Part shown: positions 21,130 to 33,099 of the stretch, piece after piece
Numbering within the stretch: the first letter of the stretch is position 1
Layout of the letters: the number at the start of each line of letters is the position of its first letter
DNA from: Rhizaria sp. SCN 62-66
Lineage: Eukaryota
Direction: 5' to 3'
DNA: 34,334 nt
Assembly: GCA_001724265.1 (NCBI GenBank)
Contig: MEDY01000323.1
Location: 1 to 34,334, forward strand
Translations under genes and position numbers: made by a program
The notes under the pieces: generated by a model
Told to the model about the DNA's origin: nothing
The model's database searches: none
The model's input: only the letters and a program-made list of their open reading frames with translations

Positions 21130-24100
21130 TCACTCCTCGTCCGCAAGCCAGGGCACGAGCGAGAGCACGCGGCCGCGCGTCGCGGCGGACATGAGGCAGT
21201 GCCCGTGGCCGCCGTCGGGCTCATACAGAACGCGCACGCGCACCGCGTCCTTGAGCGCCTGCTCCGCGCCCGCCACATCGAGCTCGGGTACGGCACCAGC
21301 ACCGGCGCTAGTACTCGCAGCACCCACGGCCGCGCCTGTCTCACTGCTTTTGTCCTTTTTATCGTCCTTGTTGGCGTTTTTGTAGCGCTCGAGCGTGTCG
21401 GGCAGCAGCGCGTCCCACTCCTGCTCGGGCCGCGGGCTCTTGCCCCGGCGTGCGAGCGGCACCGCCGTGCCGGGCCCCCAGTACGCGCCCTCGGCCGGCG
21501 CCTCGCCGCGCGCCGCGGCCTCGGCGGCCAGCGCGGCGGCGGCCGCGGGCGGCGGGAAGCGCGCTGCCAGCGCAGCAAGCAAGGGCCCGTGCGCGGCCGC
21601 GTGGTGCAGCCGGAAGTGGTTCAGGATGCGGTCCGCGGGCAGCAGGTCGTCCTGGCCCGCCAGCGCGAGCACCAGCTTGATGCGCGGGGCCGCTTGCGCC
21701 AGCACGGCCGCCGCGGCAGCGGGGGAATAGTCAGACTCGGCCGTGGCGCCGGTGTCATCGGCAGTATCAGCATCTGTATCCAACGTGTTTGCGCTCATCC
21801 TCGCGTCGCCGTCAGTGAGACGAGTGCGGCCAGCAGACTTGGCGACCTTGGCGCCGGAGCCAATACTATTAGCACTCGTGTTTACAGCGTTCACAGTGTT
21901 GACAGTGTTCGCAGTAGTGTTGACAGGGGTGTTGACAGAGGAAGACAACATCTTGTCGGCCTCGTGCGGAGCCCACTGGCCGAGCCCGCGGCCGGCCGCG
22001 GGGTCGTAGCGCAGCCCGCAGAGGGGAAACACGCCGTACGGGTCGACCTCGGAGGCCACGGGCGCGAACGGCAGCGCGGGCCGCGCGCGGGCGACGGAGA
22101 GCGCGGCAGGCCCGTTGGTACTGGGACGGGCACTGCTAGCTCTCGCGCTCGCGCTCGAGCGGTCGTGGGTGTGAGTGTGGACTGTGGGAGCTGTGGGAGA
22201 TGCCACGGGGGAGGAGGGCCAGTAGGCGTCGAGGAGGCACGCGTCCGACTCGGGGTGCTGCTGCTGCGGCTGCCTCTGCGCGTCCCCGCAGCCGCCGGCC
22301 GCCGCAGTCGCCGCCGGGGCGGGGGACGCGGCCACGGCGTCCGAAGGGTAGTAGGCGTAGCGGTCCGCGCAGGCCGGTGGCGCTACGGCCGCGGGCAGGT
22401 CCTCGACGAAGAGGGCGTTCTCGCGCCACCTGGGGGGGATCGCGGACGAGAAACAGTGGAGGAAAGCAATGTGAGGACAAAGGTAAACTTAAATAAACGT
22501 ACAGCATCTAAACCACAAACAGTGAACAGACGCATCATGCTGTTAGATCATCACGCTTTGTTGCAACCGTACCAAAAGTGCCTGCGCATGACGCGGACGA
22601 TGCCCATCTCCTGCGAGATGAGGCAGCGGCGGATCCAGTCGGCCACGGATTGAGGCTGGCGGTACACGAAGACGTGGCACGTCGTGGGGTAGCACAGCAT
22701 CAGCGTCACCGGATCAATCAGCACTGTGCAAGAACGGGGACAGAGAATAAAGGTAAATTCATGTTTGTGAGATTTGAGCAAGTCGGTTTGTCAGATTATC
22801 GATTGAATCAAACGAATTCATTGTCGAGACTACGCGTTGCGTGAAAAGTAACAAGAATGTCGTAAAAGAGCTGTCATTTGCTCCATAAAAGGTGACGTAC
22901 TGGCCGAGTGAACGATGTGGGGGCGGTACTTGATGCACCACGTGGTGGCAAAAGTGCCAAACGAGTGCGACATGAACACGGCGCGCGAGTAGTTGTGCTC
23001 TGTGAAGTCACACGCATACAGCAACAAAGGAGAGTTTATCATCGTGTGAGAAGAGTGTAAAAAGTATAGGTCAGGCGAAGCAGGATTTGAAAAAATTGGG
23101 ACAAAAATGTGTTCACACGTACCTTGAAGCATCGACTCCACAAAGCTCGCAACCTCCTTGACTTCGGGAACGCGCTCCCAAACTGTGACAGCGTAGTAAC
23201 AACACAGCATAAAAACAAGTTGCAATCAAAGCAACACAGAACAGCAATGAGAAATGATAAACAGTGAGTTTAATAATATAAAACAGCATTAAATCAAGAC
23301 AGAATATCTTTAAAATCAAACACCACTCGTGACTACATTGACTCTTTTTGACTCGCGCAGGACGTACCGCGCGCGGAGATGTGCGAGAGCTCGACGAGAA
23401 ACACGTCCCTGTCGCGCACGTGGTACAGGAAGTGCAGGTACGCAAGCAGCCCCTGGCCAAGCCCGTGGATGAAGACGAGCGGAAGTTTGTCGCGGCGCTG
23501 CGCGTCGCTGCGGATCTTGTGCCAGTAGTGGAAGCCGCCGAGCTTCTTGCGCGTGAAGCCGAACGCAAGCCGCAGCACGAGCTTCGATACTGAGGACGAC
23601 ACGGCCTGCGCCGAGTAGAGCAGCAGCGGGCGGTGCATCGCCGACACGGGGTCGAGCGTCAGCCGCATCGACTTCTGCGCAGGGTCTAGCCCGGGTGGGA
23701 ACACGACGCCGACACGCTCCTGCAGCGTGTCCACCATGGCCGCCAGCTCGCGCGCCTCCGCCGGCGACAGCTGCGTCGGCAGGCGGTAGAAGCAGGCCCA
23801 CGCAAGCCACTGGATAACGTTGCCGCGGCGCAGGTCGCGCGCGTGCGCGACGGTGCCGAGAAACCAGCGCGTGAGGCTCGAGTTTGCGTCGCCGCAGTCG
23901 CCCCAGGTGCGCAGCGACATGGTGTTGAGCAGAGACGCGAACGTGCGCGCGCGCAGCTCAGGCGTGCGGCTACGGCGTCGAAAAAACATTCAAAACAGAG
24001 TGGAAAAAAACGTAATGGAGTTAGAAGTGAGATGAAAAGTGCTGTGGAGCAGGAGAGGAAAAAATGCAATAATGGGCGTGATTCGATAGCCGTTTGAGCC

Positions 24101-24373
24101 GTGCAGGCCTGAAATGCAAAATGTGTTAAAAAAAGGAATAATGGTATGGAGATGCGTAACGGACCTGTCAGAGTACGACGGAGGTTCGTGAAACCATTGG
24201 AGCTGCTTGATGTGCGTCCGGTAGTAGATGTAGAATGCGATTTCGACAAAGAATAGCAAGGTAGTGACCTCGGACACGAGCGTTTGAAAGGGTACCGGCA
24301 GAGGCCAAATGTCAAGTAAGTGGAAGAGAAAGAAGGTGACGATCATAAGCAGCACCTTGAGAGAGAAATTCAT
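21130..24373 (-). CDS. Membrane-anchored alpha/beta-hydrolase-fold protein, 806 aa, 6 exons
   Basis: Exons 24373-24165, 23969-23368, 23182-23123, 22999-22901, 22723-22573, 22429-21130; all GT-AG with consistent phases. N-terminal hydrophobic helices, oxyanion motif VFIHGLG, nucleophile elbow MSHSFGT, LIDPV, RHFWWRENALF, candidate Asp in AGQDDLL and His in GGHGH. Confidence 0.85.
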
Positions 24374-24898
24374 GCTGCTGAGTTCGCACCTGCATAAAGT
24401 AAACAACCAAACAGGAACAGAATATGGTTGTAATTTGTGATTAGCGGGTGGTGAGTTTGCTCCAGTTCGGAGAGTTAACAGCGCGAAATGGAAACAAGGT
24501 TTAAGCGTGTATGACCTCAGCATTCTAAATAGAACAAATGTTTAAGAGAGTTAACGTGTCTGAGTTTCTGTTCATTTGTGTTTCTCGTTATTTAACGAAG
24601 CAGTGCAGAGATACGCAAGTTGAAAGTTTTTGCCCACATCTCAACGGTCGCCTCCCGCATGCAACTGCCGCTGCTCTGTGCAGTCCCACCACAAACTAGT
24701 ATTTATTCGATTATATCATCAATACATCACAATATAGATGTCAACAACCTGAAAACAAGTGCTTCAACTAATAATCAATACCTTTATTGGCTTATTTTCT
24801 GCTAAGCTCATCATATACCCGCAGAATCACCATAAAACTAAAAGGCAAATGACAAAAAATGGCCCTAAAATAGCAGAAACAACCGTACCGCACTCACC

Positions 24899-26232
24899 TC
24901 AATACTGCGGCACGTCGAACTCGTAGGGCAGCAGCAGCTCAAGCGCCTGCTTGAGCTTTGCGATGGCGGTGGGCACGTCGTCGAAGTTGAGCGAGGACGA
25001 CACGTGGCGCGAGAGCCTGTCGGCCTCTTTGCACGCCGCGCCGCGCGACGCCGCGCCCGTAGGGTTGGGCGTGACCGTGAGCGGCGCTCCAGGCCCTGGC
25101 CGGCCAGTCACGCCAGGGGCGCGCGCGCCGGACGGGGACGCGGCCGAAGACGCGGCCGACGCCGGCGAGTACTGCGGCTGATGCTGCTGCGGCTGGTAAG
25201 AAGGATACTGCTGCTGCTGCTGAGGCTGCTGCGGCTGCTGAGGGGAGTGAGACGCGGGGGCAGCGGCGGCGGCAGGCGGGTAGCCGTACGCAGGCGGCGC
25301 GGGCGCGGCAGCAGGCGCGGCAGCGGGCGCGGGCGCGGGCGCGTGGTAAGGCGCAGGGGCAGGCGCAGGCGCAGGGGCAGCAGCGGGCTTGGGGGCGGGC
25401 TTGGGGGCGGCGCCAAGCGAGGACGACGACAGCGAGGACGAAAAGCTGTTGCTGTGCGCACCGGGGGTCTGCAGCTGGCTCAGCGCGGCCGTCAGCGCGT
25501 CCTCCTCGGCCTCCGCACCGCCGCCAGCGCCGGCGTTGGCGGCGCTGGCGTTGGGGTCGAGGTCGCCGGGGCCGCCGGGGGTGGGCGCGACGCCCGCTTT
25601 GATGGCGCGGCGGATGTCCGCGACCTTCCACATCGCATACGCGGCCTTCTGCTCGACGTCGGGCTCGGGAGGTCCGAACTGGAGCGCGACCTCGAACAGC
25701 ACGGCGGCAGAATAAAAGCACTTGGCCGTGTCCATATCCGCCGCGCCCTTGCGGTCCTCCTCATCGGCGTTCGCGAAGAGCGTCAGCGCAAAAGACTCAA
25801 GGTGCGCGCGACGTTCGTCGCGGGGCACGCCAGCGAGCGAGTTGTTGTTCTCGAGCCAGTCCATCAGCGAGACCAGGTAGCCCGTGTCGGCAGGGGTGCG
25901 CTTTTGCACCTTGAGGCCCTCCTGCGCCGCGTACGTGCGGCCTGGGCGGGGGGCAAGAGATGGGGATCAAAACAAAGGAACAAAAAGGGGCACGCTTGAG
26001 AAAGATATGCAAGACATGATAGAGTTTAGTGTAGAATTGAGACAATATAAGTGAGATTGAGAGCAAATATTGAAGTGTTGAGAGAAACATCGAAGCTCGT
26101 GTCAAAGCCAAGAAGAGGCAGACACGTACACATATGAGCGACCTTAGGGTCAAGCTTCTCAACTTGCTTCGCCTGAACAAGGAACTTCTTGATGTTCTTC
26201 ATCTCAGGGGAAAGGACCGCGATGTTGTCCAT
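24899..26232 (-). CDS. VTA1: Vta1/LIP5 (ESCRT Vps4 activator), 381 aa, 2 exons
   Basis: Exons 26232-26130 and 25941-24899; intron 26129-25942 (GTACGT...CAG) gives DPKVAHMC|RTYA. MIT region (LMDWLE, FALTLFANADEEDR, YAMWKVADIRRAIKAG..PTPG), Pro/Ala/Gln linker, VSL-like SRHVSSSLNFDDVPTAIAKLKQALELL. Confidence 0.92.
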
Positions 26233-26719
26233 GGTAGCGGGGGATCTAAGGAGCAAGAGTGGCACACGACGAGGGTCAGGAGGTGAGCGAAACCAAGGGA
26301 GGTATTTGGCACTACAGAAGACATTTCCAAGTTGTGTCATATATAAAGGGTATATAAAATAATATATTATAACGGAAACAGCTTGATTTGAAAACAGAGA
26401 CGGATGGAGCAGAGAAATCTATAAGTTCAAAATTGCACAGTCCCCTCAACCACAAAAATCTGGCTCTTGTGGTGCGGCATGTTGCCTCTGAAAAAGCTGC
26501 CTATATCACACCACCACCATCGTGAAGTTGCCTGCGAGCGCTGCTCTGGGACTGCCTCGTACTAAATCTTAGAGAATCATATGTCGTATGCACCCCATCT
26601 TTTGTACAGCGCTCACGATTCCTACCACAAATACTCCCTCTTTCACCCACCGCAGAGTTTCCTAGAACCTGTATCTTTCCTCTACCAGCCCCGTTCTCGC
26701 GCGTAGTTCGCCTTCTCTC

Positions 26720-29700
26720 ATGTTTGCGCACACCGCCGGGGCTCAGGCACCCCCTGCTGCGGCACTGCTGACTGCAGAGCATCCTCTTCAGCGTCTTGTG
26801 ACACTCTCCGAAGACACTCTTCGCAAGCATGCTTTCGTCGGTGGTGAGGCTTCGGAGAATGCTCCGAGCGCTCTGTCTCTCCTCGCTCTTGTCTTTACCA
26901 CCAGTGACGCCAGCGCAGAGACTGACAGCGATGGTGACAGCGACGACGATGCCGACTCGGAAGCCGACGCTGAGGCGGAGGCTGACTTCGCAACAGAGTC
27001 TGCGCTCCTCACCCTCACCGCCACCGCCGCAGCTGTTACTGCACTCACTAACGCTAAGCCCAACCACAACAGCAACAGCACTTCGTCTAGCAGCTCCAGC
27101 TCCAACTCGAACTCTGGCAGCTCAAGCTCTGGCTCTAGTACCAGCAGCGGCAACAGCAACAACAAAGCGAGCCTCCCGCCCGTAAGGCTCACCGCTGTGG
27201 AGCAACTGCTTTGCGGCGCCGCCGCCGGCGCCGTGGGCAAGACGGTCGTTGCGCCGTTCGACCGCGTGAAGCTGCTCTACATGGTCAACCCGGCGCGCAC
27301 GTTTACGTTTACGGCGGCGACCAAGACGTTCCGCACGATCTTCGTCAACACGGGCGTGTCGGGGCTGTTCAAGGGCAACGGCAGCGCCATGTGGCGCGTC
27401 CTGCCCTACTCGGCCCTCACCTTCACCACCTTCGACCGCTACCATCGCTATCTCCGCGCGAACCTGCCCGACGAGGCCAACCACCCGGTTGTGGCGCGCT
27501 TTCTCGCCGGCGCGGCCGCGGGCACGACCGCGACGGTGCTGACGTACCCGCTCGACGTGCTGCGCGCGCGCGCCGCGGCGCACTGGGGCGCCAACGCGCT
27601 CTACTCGAGCGCCGGCAAGGGCATCGCGGACATCGTGCAGAAGGAGGGCGTGCGCGCGCTCTTCGCGGGCATCATGCCGACGCTCTACGGCATCGTGCCC
27701 TACGGCGGTATCTCCTTCGCCGTGTTCGAGACGCTCAAGGCGGCCTACGTCACGGCCGTGCTCCCTGCCGGCAGCAAGGACAGCGACGTGCCCGCCGCCG
27801 TGCGCTTCATTGCGGGCGGGCTGGCGGGCGTGGCGGCGACGACGGTGGTGCAGCCGCTGCAGATCGTGCGGCGCCGCATGCAAGTCAGCACAGTCGTCGA
27901 CGGCATGCCGCAGTACCGCTCCACGCTCCACGCACTCAAAGTCATCTACATGACCGAGGGCGTGTACCGCGGGCTCTTCAAGGGGCTCATGCTGACGTGG
28001 CTCAAGGCGCCCGTGTCGATGGCCGTGTCCTTCACCGTCAACGACTGGCTGCGGCACAAGCTACTCAAGTACCACACCAACGCGCGCGACGAGTGGCAGG
28101 CCGCGACGGCGGAGCGCAAGCGCGCGCGCGAGGCCGAGGAGGCGCGCGCCGCCCGCGCCGCGAGCTACCGCAAGGCCGTCATCCGCGAGCTCGTCGCCAC
28201 TGGTGCCGTGTCGGTCACGGCCAAGACTGACGCCGGCAGCAGCGCCGCGGCGATCGACGACACCACGGGCGTGGCCGTCGTCGGTGGCAGCGCCAGTGCC
28301 AGCGACAGCGTCGGTAGTGTGGGTGCGGACGACGCTGCTGCGAACGCTGCGACCGGTGCTGAGAGCGCGGTGAGAAATCTCAGTGGCAGCCGTGACCAGA
28401 CCGCGCCCGCGCCCGCGACTGCGGCCGGCGGCGCGAGCGCCATTGGCGGCGCCATTGGCGGCGCGACCAACGTCGTGACAGTGCGGCGCCGCCGGTCCGG
28501 CCCGGCCGCGACGCTCGAGGACGACGGCGTGGCTTGGGTGTCGGCGTCCATCGCGCTCTCCGAGGGCGAGAGCGGCGCCGCCGGCAGCGGTGACGGCGCG
28601 GATATCGACCACGCGAACTTAGCCACGATTGGCGAGTTCGGCGGCGGCCCGCATAGCCAGTGTGTTCATAGCCACCAGGGCGGCGAGTGCGGTGTGTGCC
28701 GCTACTGCCGCAGCCTCGCTGCCGCCAGCGAGGCCGCCACGACCACCGCCGCCGCGCGCGCCGCCGCTCTGGCCCTCAGTGCTAACACCGCCGCCAGCGC
28801 GGGCGCAGCTGCCTCTCAGAACAGCACCAGCACCAGCAGCAGCGCTGTCTCCGACAAAGACGCTGCGAAGGCGACCGCCGAGACCGTGGCCGCCGCCGAG
28901 GCCGCCGCGGAGGCCGCCGCCGCGACGGCCGAGATCGGCGGCTGGAACGACGCTCTGGTCGACGCGCTGCTCGAGACGCACAGCAGCACCGGCAGCATCG
29001 GCGCCTTCGCGCTCAGCGCGCCCTTCCTGGCCGCCGTGTGCGACTGCGTCGAGGCCAAGGTCTCCGCCGCGGCCGCCGCAGCCGCCGTGGCCGCCATCGC
29101 CGCGGCCGACAGCAACGTCAACAGCGGCCAGATGACTGTGACGGGCCCCCCGCCGGCGCCGGCACCCGTGAGCCCCGAGGTTGAGGCCGACGCGGTCACG
29201 TCGTGCACGGCGGAGTGCGTGAGCGCGTATCAGCACGAGCGCGACGCCAACGCCAACGCCGCCGCGTGCTCCGCAGCGGCGGCAACGACAGCGGCGGCGG
29301 CCGCGACGGCAACGGCAGGCGTTGGCGCCAAGACGGCTGCTGGTGCTACCGCTGCTGCTGCCGACAAGGCTGCTTTGGGCGCGGCGGCGTCGAGCGCGTC
29401 GACAACGATGCCCGGCGACGCGAGCGGCAAGTTCAGTCTCCTCACTGGTCTGAGAACAAGCACGAGTGACAGCGGCAGCACGAGCAGCTCCAGTTCACGC
29501 GCCGGCGCGGGCGGCAAACAGTGTAAGACCGTCACCCCGGTGCCCCACATCGAGCTGCGGTCCGACAACGTGCGTCTGAGCTCCGAGGCGCTGCTGCTCG
29601 CCGGTGGCCTCGCCGGCGCCTGTGCTAAGACCGTGATCGCGCCTGCCGACAACATCAAGATTCTCTACCAAGTCGACCCCAACAAGCGCTTTACCTACAA

Positions 29701-30556
29701 GTCCGCGCTCCAGACGGGCAAGTCTATCGTCGCGAGCGCCGGCGTGCGTGGGCTCTGGCGCGGCCACGGCGCCACGCTGCTGCGCGTCGTGCCCTACGCC
29801 GCCGTGACCTTTGCGACGTTCGACCGGTTCCACGAGGCGGTGAACAAGGCGCTGTACTCGGACCCCTCGGAGCTGAGTGACGGCGCCGTCGTCACGCTGC
29901 CCGACGGCACGGTGCAGGTCAACTGGACCGCGCCGGGCCCGCACGACGTTGTGGCGCGCTTCCTGGCGGGCGCGATGGCCGGCGCGACGGCGACCGCGCT
30001 GACGTACCCGCTGGACCTCATGCGCGCGCGGCAGGCGGCGTCGATCACGAGCGCGCCGCTCTACTCGTCCTACTGGTCCGGCTTCCGCTCCATCGTGCAG
30101 GGCGAGGGCGTGACGGCGTTGTGGGCCGGGCTGAAGCCCACGCTGCTGGGCATCGTGCCCTACGCCGGGCTGTCCTTCTCGATCTTCCACTCGATCAAGC
30201 GCGAGATCCGCGAGCGCGGCAACTACAAGACCGACTCGCACATCCCCACGTGGGCGCGCCTCCTGGCCGGCGGCGCGGCCGGCCTGCTCGCGCAGTCGCT
30301 CACATACCCGCTGGACATCATCCGCCGCAGGAACCAGGTCGGCACGCTGCAGGGCGTCGGCACGGGACGCGCCCTGCGCACCATCTACGCCACCGAGGGA
30401 CTCAAGAACGGGCTCTTCCGGGGGCTGTCGATGAACTGGATGAAGGGTCCCGTTGCGTCTGCCGTCAGTTTCACCGTCAATGACAGGCTTAAGACGTGGA
30501 TGGCGCGGCGCCAGATCAAGTTGGAGCACGGAGAGAAGCCGTCTACGCTGCATTAA
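26720..30556 (+). CDS. Tandem double mitochondrial carrier (two 3-repeat SLC25 units, CoA-carrier SLC25A42/Leu5-like) joined by a long Ala-rich linker, 1278 aa
   Basis: Unit 1 signatures APFDRVK, YPLDVLRAR, QPLQIVRRR; unit 2 APADNIK, YPLDLMRAR, YPLDIIRRR. GNGSAMWRVLPY/GHGATLLRVVPY, GIVPYxG and GLSMNWMKGP resemble the CoA-carrier subfamily. One uninterrupted ORF. Confidence 0.88.
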   Translation: MFAHTAGAQAPPAAALLTAEHPLQRLVTLSEDTLRKHAFVGGEASENAPSALSLLALVFTTSDASAETDSDGDSDDDADSEADAEAEADFATESALLTLTATAAAVTALTNAKPNHNSNSTSSSSSSSNSNSGSSSSGSSTSSGNSNNKASLPPVRLTAVEQLLCGAAAGAVGKTVVAPFDRVKLLYMVNPARTFTFTAATKTFRTIFVNTGVSGLFKGNGSAMWRVLPYSALTFTTFDRYHRYLRANLPDEANHPVVARFLAGAAAGTTATVLTYPLDVLRARAAAHWGANALYSSAGKGIADIVQKEGVRALFAGIMPTLYGIVPYGGISFAVFETLKAAYVTAVLPAGSKDSDVPAAVRFIAGGLAGVAATTVVQPLQIVRRRMQVSTVVDGMPQYRSTLHALKVIYMTEGVYRGLFKGLMLTWLKAPVSMAVSFTVNDWLRHKLLKYHTNARDEWQAATAERKRAREAEEARAARAASYRKAVIRELVATGAVSVTAKTDAGSSAAAIDDTTGVAVVGGSASASDSVGSVGADDAAANAATGAESAVRNLSGSRDQTAPAPATAAGGASAIGGAIGGATNVVTVRRRRSGPAATLEDDGVAWVSASIALSEGESGAAGSGDGADIDHANLATIGEFGGGPHSQCVHSHQGGECGVCRYCRSLAAASEAATTTAAARAAALALSANTAASAGAAASQNSTSTSSSAVSDKDAAKATAETVAAAEAAAEAAAATAEIGGWNDALVDALLETHSSTGSIGAFALSAPFLAAVCDCVEAKVSAAAAAAAVAAIAAADSNVNSGQMTVTGPPPAPAPVSPEVEADAVTSCTAECVSAYQHERDANANAAACSAAAATTAAAAATATAGVGAKTAAGATAAAADKAALGAAASSASTTMPGDASGKFSLLTGLRTSTSDSGSTSSSSSRAGAGGKQCKTVTPVPHIELRSDNVRLSSEALLLAGGLAGACAKTVIAPADNIKILYQVDPNKRFTYKSALQTGKSIVASAGVRGLWRGHGATLLRVVPYAAVTFATFDRFHEAVNKALYSDPSELSDGAVVTLPDGTVQVNWTAPGPHDVVARFLAGAMAGATATALTYPLDLMRARQAASITSAPLYSSYWSGFRSIVQGEGVTALWAGLKPTLLGIVPYAGLSFSIFHSIKREIRERGNYKTDSHIPTWARLLAGGAAGLLAQSLTYPLDIIRRRNQVGTLQGVGTGRALRTIYATEGLKNGLFRGLSMNWMKGPVASAVSFTVNDRLKTWMARRQIKLEHGEKPSTLH

Positions 30557-30888
30557 AGGCGCAGCTAAATCGTGCTCTTCAGTCGCATGGTTGCGCGTGT
30601 TGTTTGGGGTACCTCCTCTGCAATGAAGAAAGCTGCGTTTGTGAGGGGATTACGAGCTCTTATTTAAGTCTCTGGAACTTACTATGATTTTTTGTATATT
30701 ATGTTGTTGATTTAACTTAAACTTGATTCTGTTATGTATTACCGATACAAAGTCTCATTTCTACACCAATACGTCACACGTAACAAAAAGAATTGATTGT
30801 TATTTTGCTTGCTCAAACGCAAATAAAGCGCGCAAAAATAAATAATAGCTATGTAATGTTGTTATATCTTGTCATGAGTTGACTCAAC

Positions 30889-33099
30889 TCACTCGCCGAT
30901 GACAACGACCTTGAAGTTCTTGCCGCCAGAGCGCAGCAGCACGACTTTGTCCATCAACACGTGCTCCTTCTCGCACAGCCTTGGCCCCAACGCCGCCGAA
31001 GCGCCACCAGCGCCAGCAGCAGCAGCAGCAGCGTCTCCCTCGGCCGCGACGTGGATTTGCTTGTGGTTGACGTAGAACCCGCCCTGGGAGAGCAGACGGC
31101 GCGCGGCTGCCTTGGACGCGGCAAGGCCGGACTTGACCGCCAGGTCGACAAGTAGCATGCCCGAGCCGGCCTCAGCGCCCGCGACGGCGGCGGCAGGGAA
31201 GAGCTCGCCGCGCGCAATCGTGACGGTGGGGACTCCGGACAGCGCGGCGACGAGCTCGTCCGCAGTCACGCTCACGGCGGACGCAGTCTCAGTCGCGGAC
31301 GCTGACTATGACGCAGACGCGCTGTTATTGTTGGACACGATAAAGGGCGCGGCGGACCCCGGCAGCGGCGGCCACTGGACCAGCTCTGGCACGACGATCC
31401 CCGCCGCGATCGTGTGCGCGCTGACAGGCGGGCGTGGGAAGAGCGTCTCGGTGGCGACAACGGCGTTCTTGACGCCCGGGAGCCCGTGGACGAGGTGCAC
31501 GACGTGCATGCCCAGCACGCGCTGCGCCAGCCGCTGCTCGGGTTCGATCGCGTGCGCCGCCGTCACCGCGGCTACCGCGGGCTCGGACAGCAGCGTCAGC
31601 AGCCGCAGCAGGCGCGGGCAGTCGGCGTCCGTGGTCTGCAGCAGGTACTGGTATAGCGCGTATGGCGTCGTGAGCGTGGGATCCAGCCACAGCGCGTTAC
31701 CGGCCGACTTGCCGAACTTGGCGCCCGAGGATGTCGTCAGAAGCGGCAGCGTGAGGCCGTGCAAACCGTCGTGCTCCTCGTTGCCAGCAGCAGCAGCTGC
31801 TGTTGCCGCGGTAGGAGCTAATCCCTTTTTCTTGGAGTCGCCCTTCTTGGCGTTCTTGCCGTCAGCGCTCGGGACGGCCGCGGCAGCACCGGCGGCGTTG
31901 TTGCTGATGCTGCTGTGTGCGTTCTTGACGCGGCTGTAGTAGTCGACACCGGCGGTGATGTTGCCCCACTGGTCGCTGCCGCCGAGCTGCACCGTACAGT
32001 CGAGCGTCTTCTTGAGGTGCGCGAAGTCGTAGCCCTGCAGCGCCTGGTAGCTGAACTCGGTGAACGACATGCCGTCGGCCTCGGCGGCGGCCGCGCCCGC
32101 AGAAACGTCGGCCGCTGCGGGCGCGGCCGAGTCAGCCGCCGGGGCCTCCATGCGGCGCTTGACCGAGTCCTTCGCGAGCATGGAGCCGAGACGAAAGTAC
32201 TTACCGACGTCGCGCAGGAAGGCGATGACGGACATGGCGTTGTACCAGTCGGCGTTGTTCACCACCGTCACCTTCTTCGCGCTGCTGGCAGGAGTGCTAT
32301 TCGTGGCCACGTTGCCGTAATCGGGGTCAGAGATCGCGGTCACGTCGGCGGTGGCACGGGCGAGCATCCTGCTCAGAACGGCCTCGATCCCCTTGACGTT
32401 GGCCTTGACGTCGTCCTCGCTCAGCAGTGTGCGCTCAGAGCTGCGGCCGGAGGGGTCGCCAATCATGCCAGTGCCGCCGCCAACCAGCGCGACGGCCTTG
32501 TGGCCCATGCGCTGGCTGTGCGCGAGCGCGAGGATGACGAGGAGGTTGCCCAGGTGCAGCGACGACGCGGTGGGGTCGAAGCCCGCATACAAAGAACGCA
32601 CGGGGATTGACACAGTCTCGCCCTCCTGGGCAGAAACCGCGCCATTAGACGCTGCACTAACAGAAGCGTCTGCGGGTGAAGTCACATCAGCGGGCGCGTT
32701 CGTGCTGGGGCGCTGCAGAGGCGCGGAGCGCTTGGTGGGAGAAGGGGCGAAGTGTCGATCGATGCCGGGCGTGGACTGGTGCAGGAAGCCACGAGTGCGG
32801 AAAAAGTCCACAAGAGACTCATGAGAGGTTGTGTCAGAAACGGGCACAGTGCGGCCAGCAGTCGGAGTCGTAGGCAAGTATGAGTAACTGAAAGGGGCGG
32901 CGCTGGAAGCATCGGTGGAGGCGGAGGCAGAAGCGCCAGGGTGTGCGGACGCCGATGCGGAGAAAAGACGTGAAGTTCGCGGCAGTGGTAGTGTAACAAG
33001 AGCAAACTCTAAACCACGGAAGCGCAATTCGGGCAGTGATGTTGTGGTTAGAAGACGGCGCGACGTGGCGACGGACAGAGACCGCGCGCGGGCCAGCAT
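30889..33099 (-). CDS. YARS2: Bacterial-type (mitochondrial) tyrosyl-tRNA synthetase with C-terminal S4-like domain, interrupted by one in-frame TAG at 31306-31308
   Basis: YAGFDPTASSLHLGN (HIGH), IGDPSGRSSER, FTEFSYQALQGYDF, QLGGSDQWGNI, KFGKS (KMSKS). The same frame continues after the TAG into LAVKSGLAASKAAARRLLSQGGFYVN...LLRSGGKNF, TGA at 30889. Presequence-like N-terminus. Confidence 0.93.
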
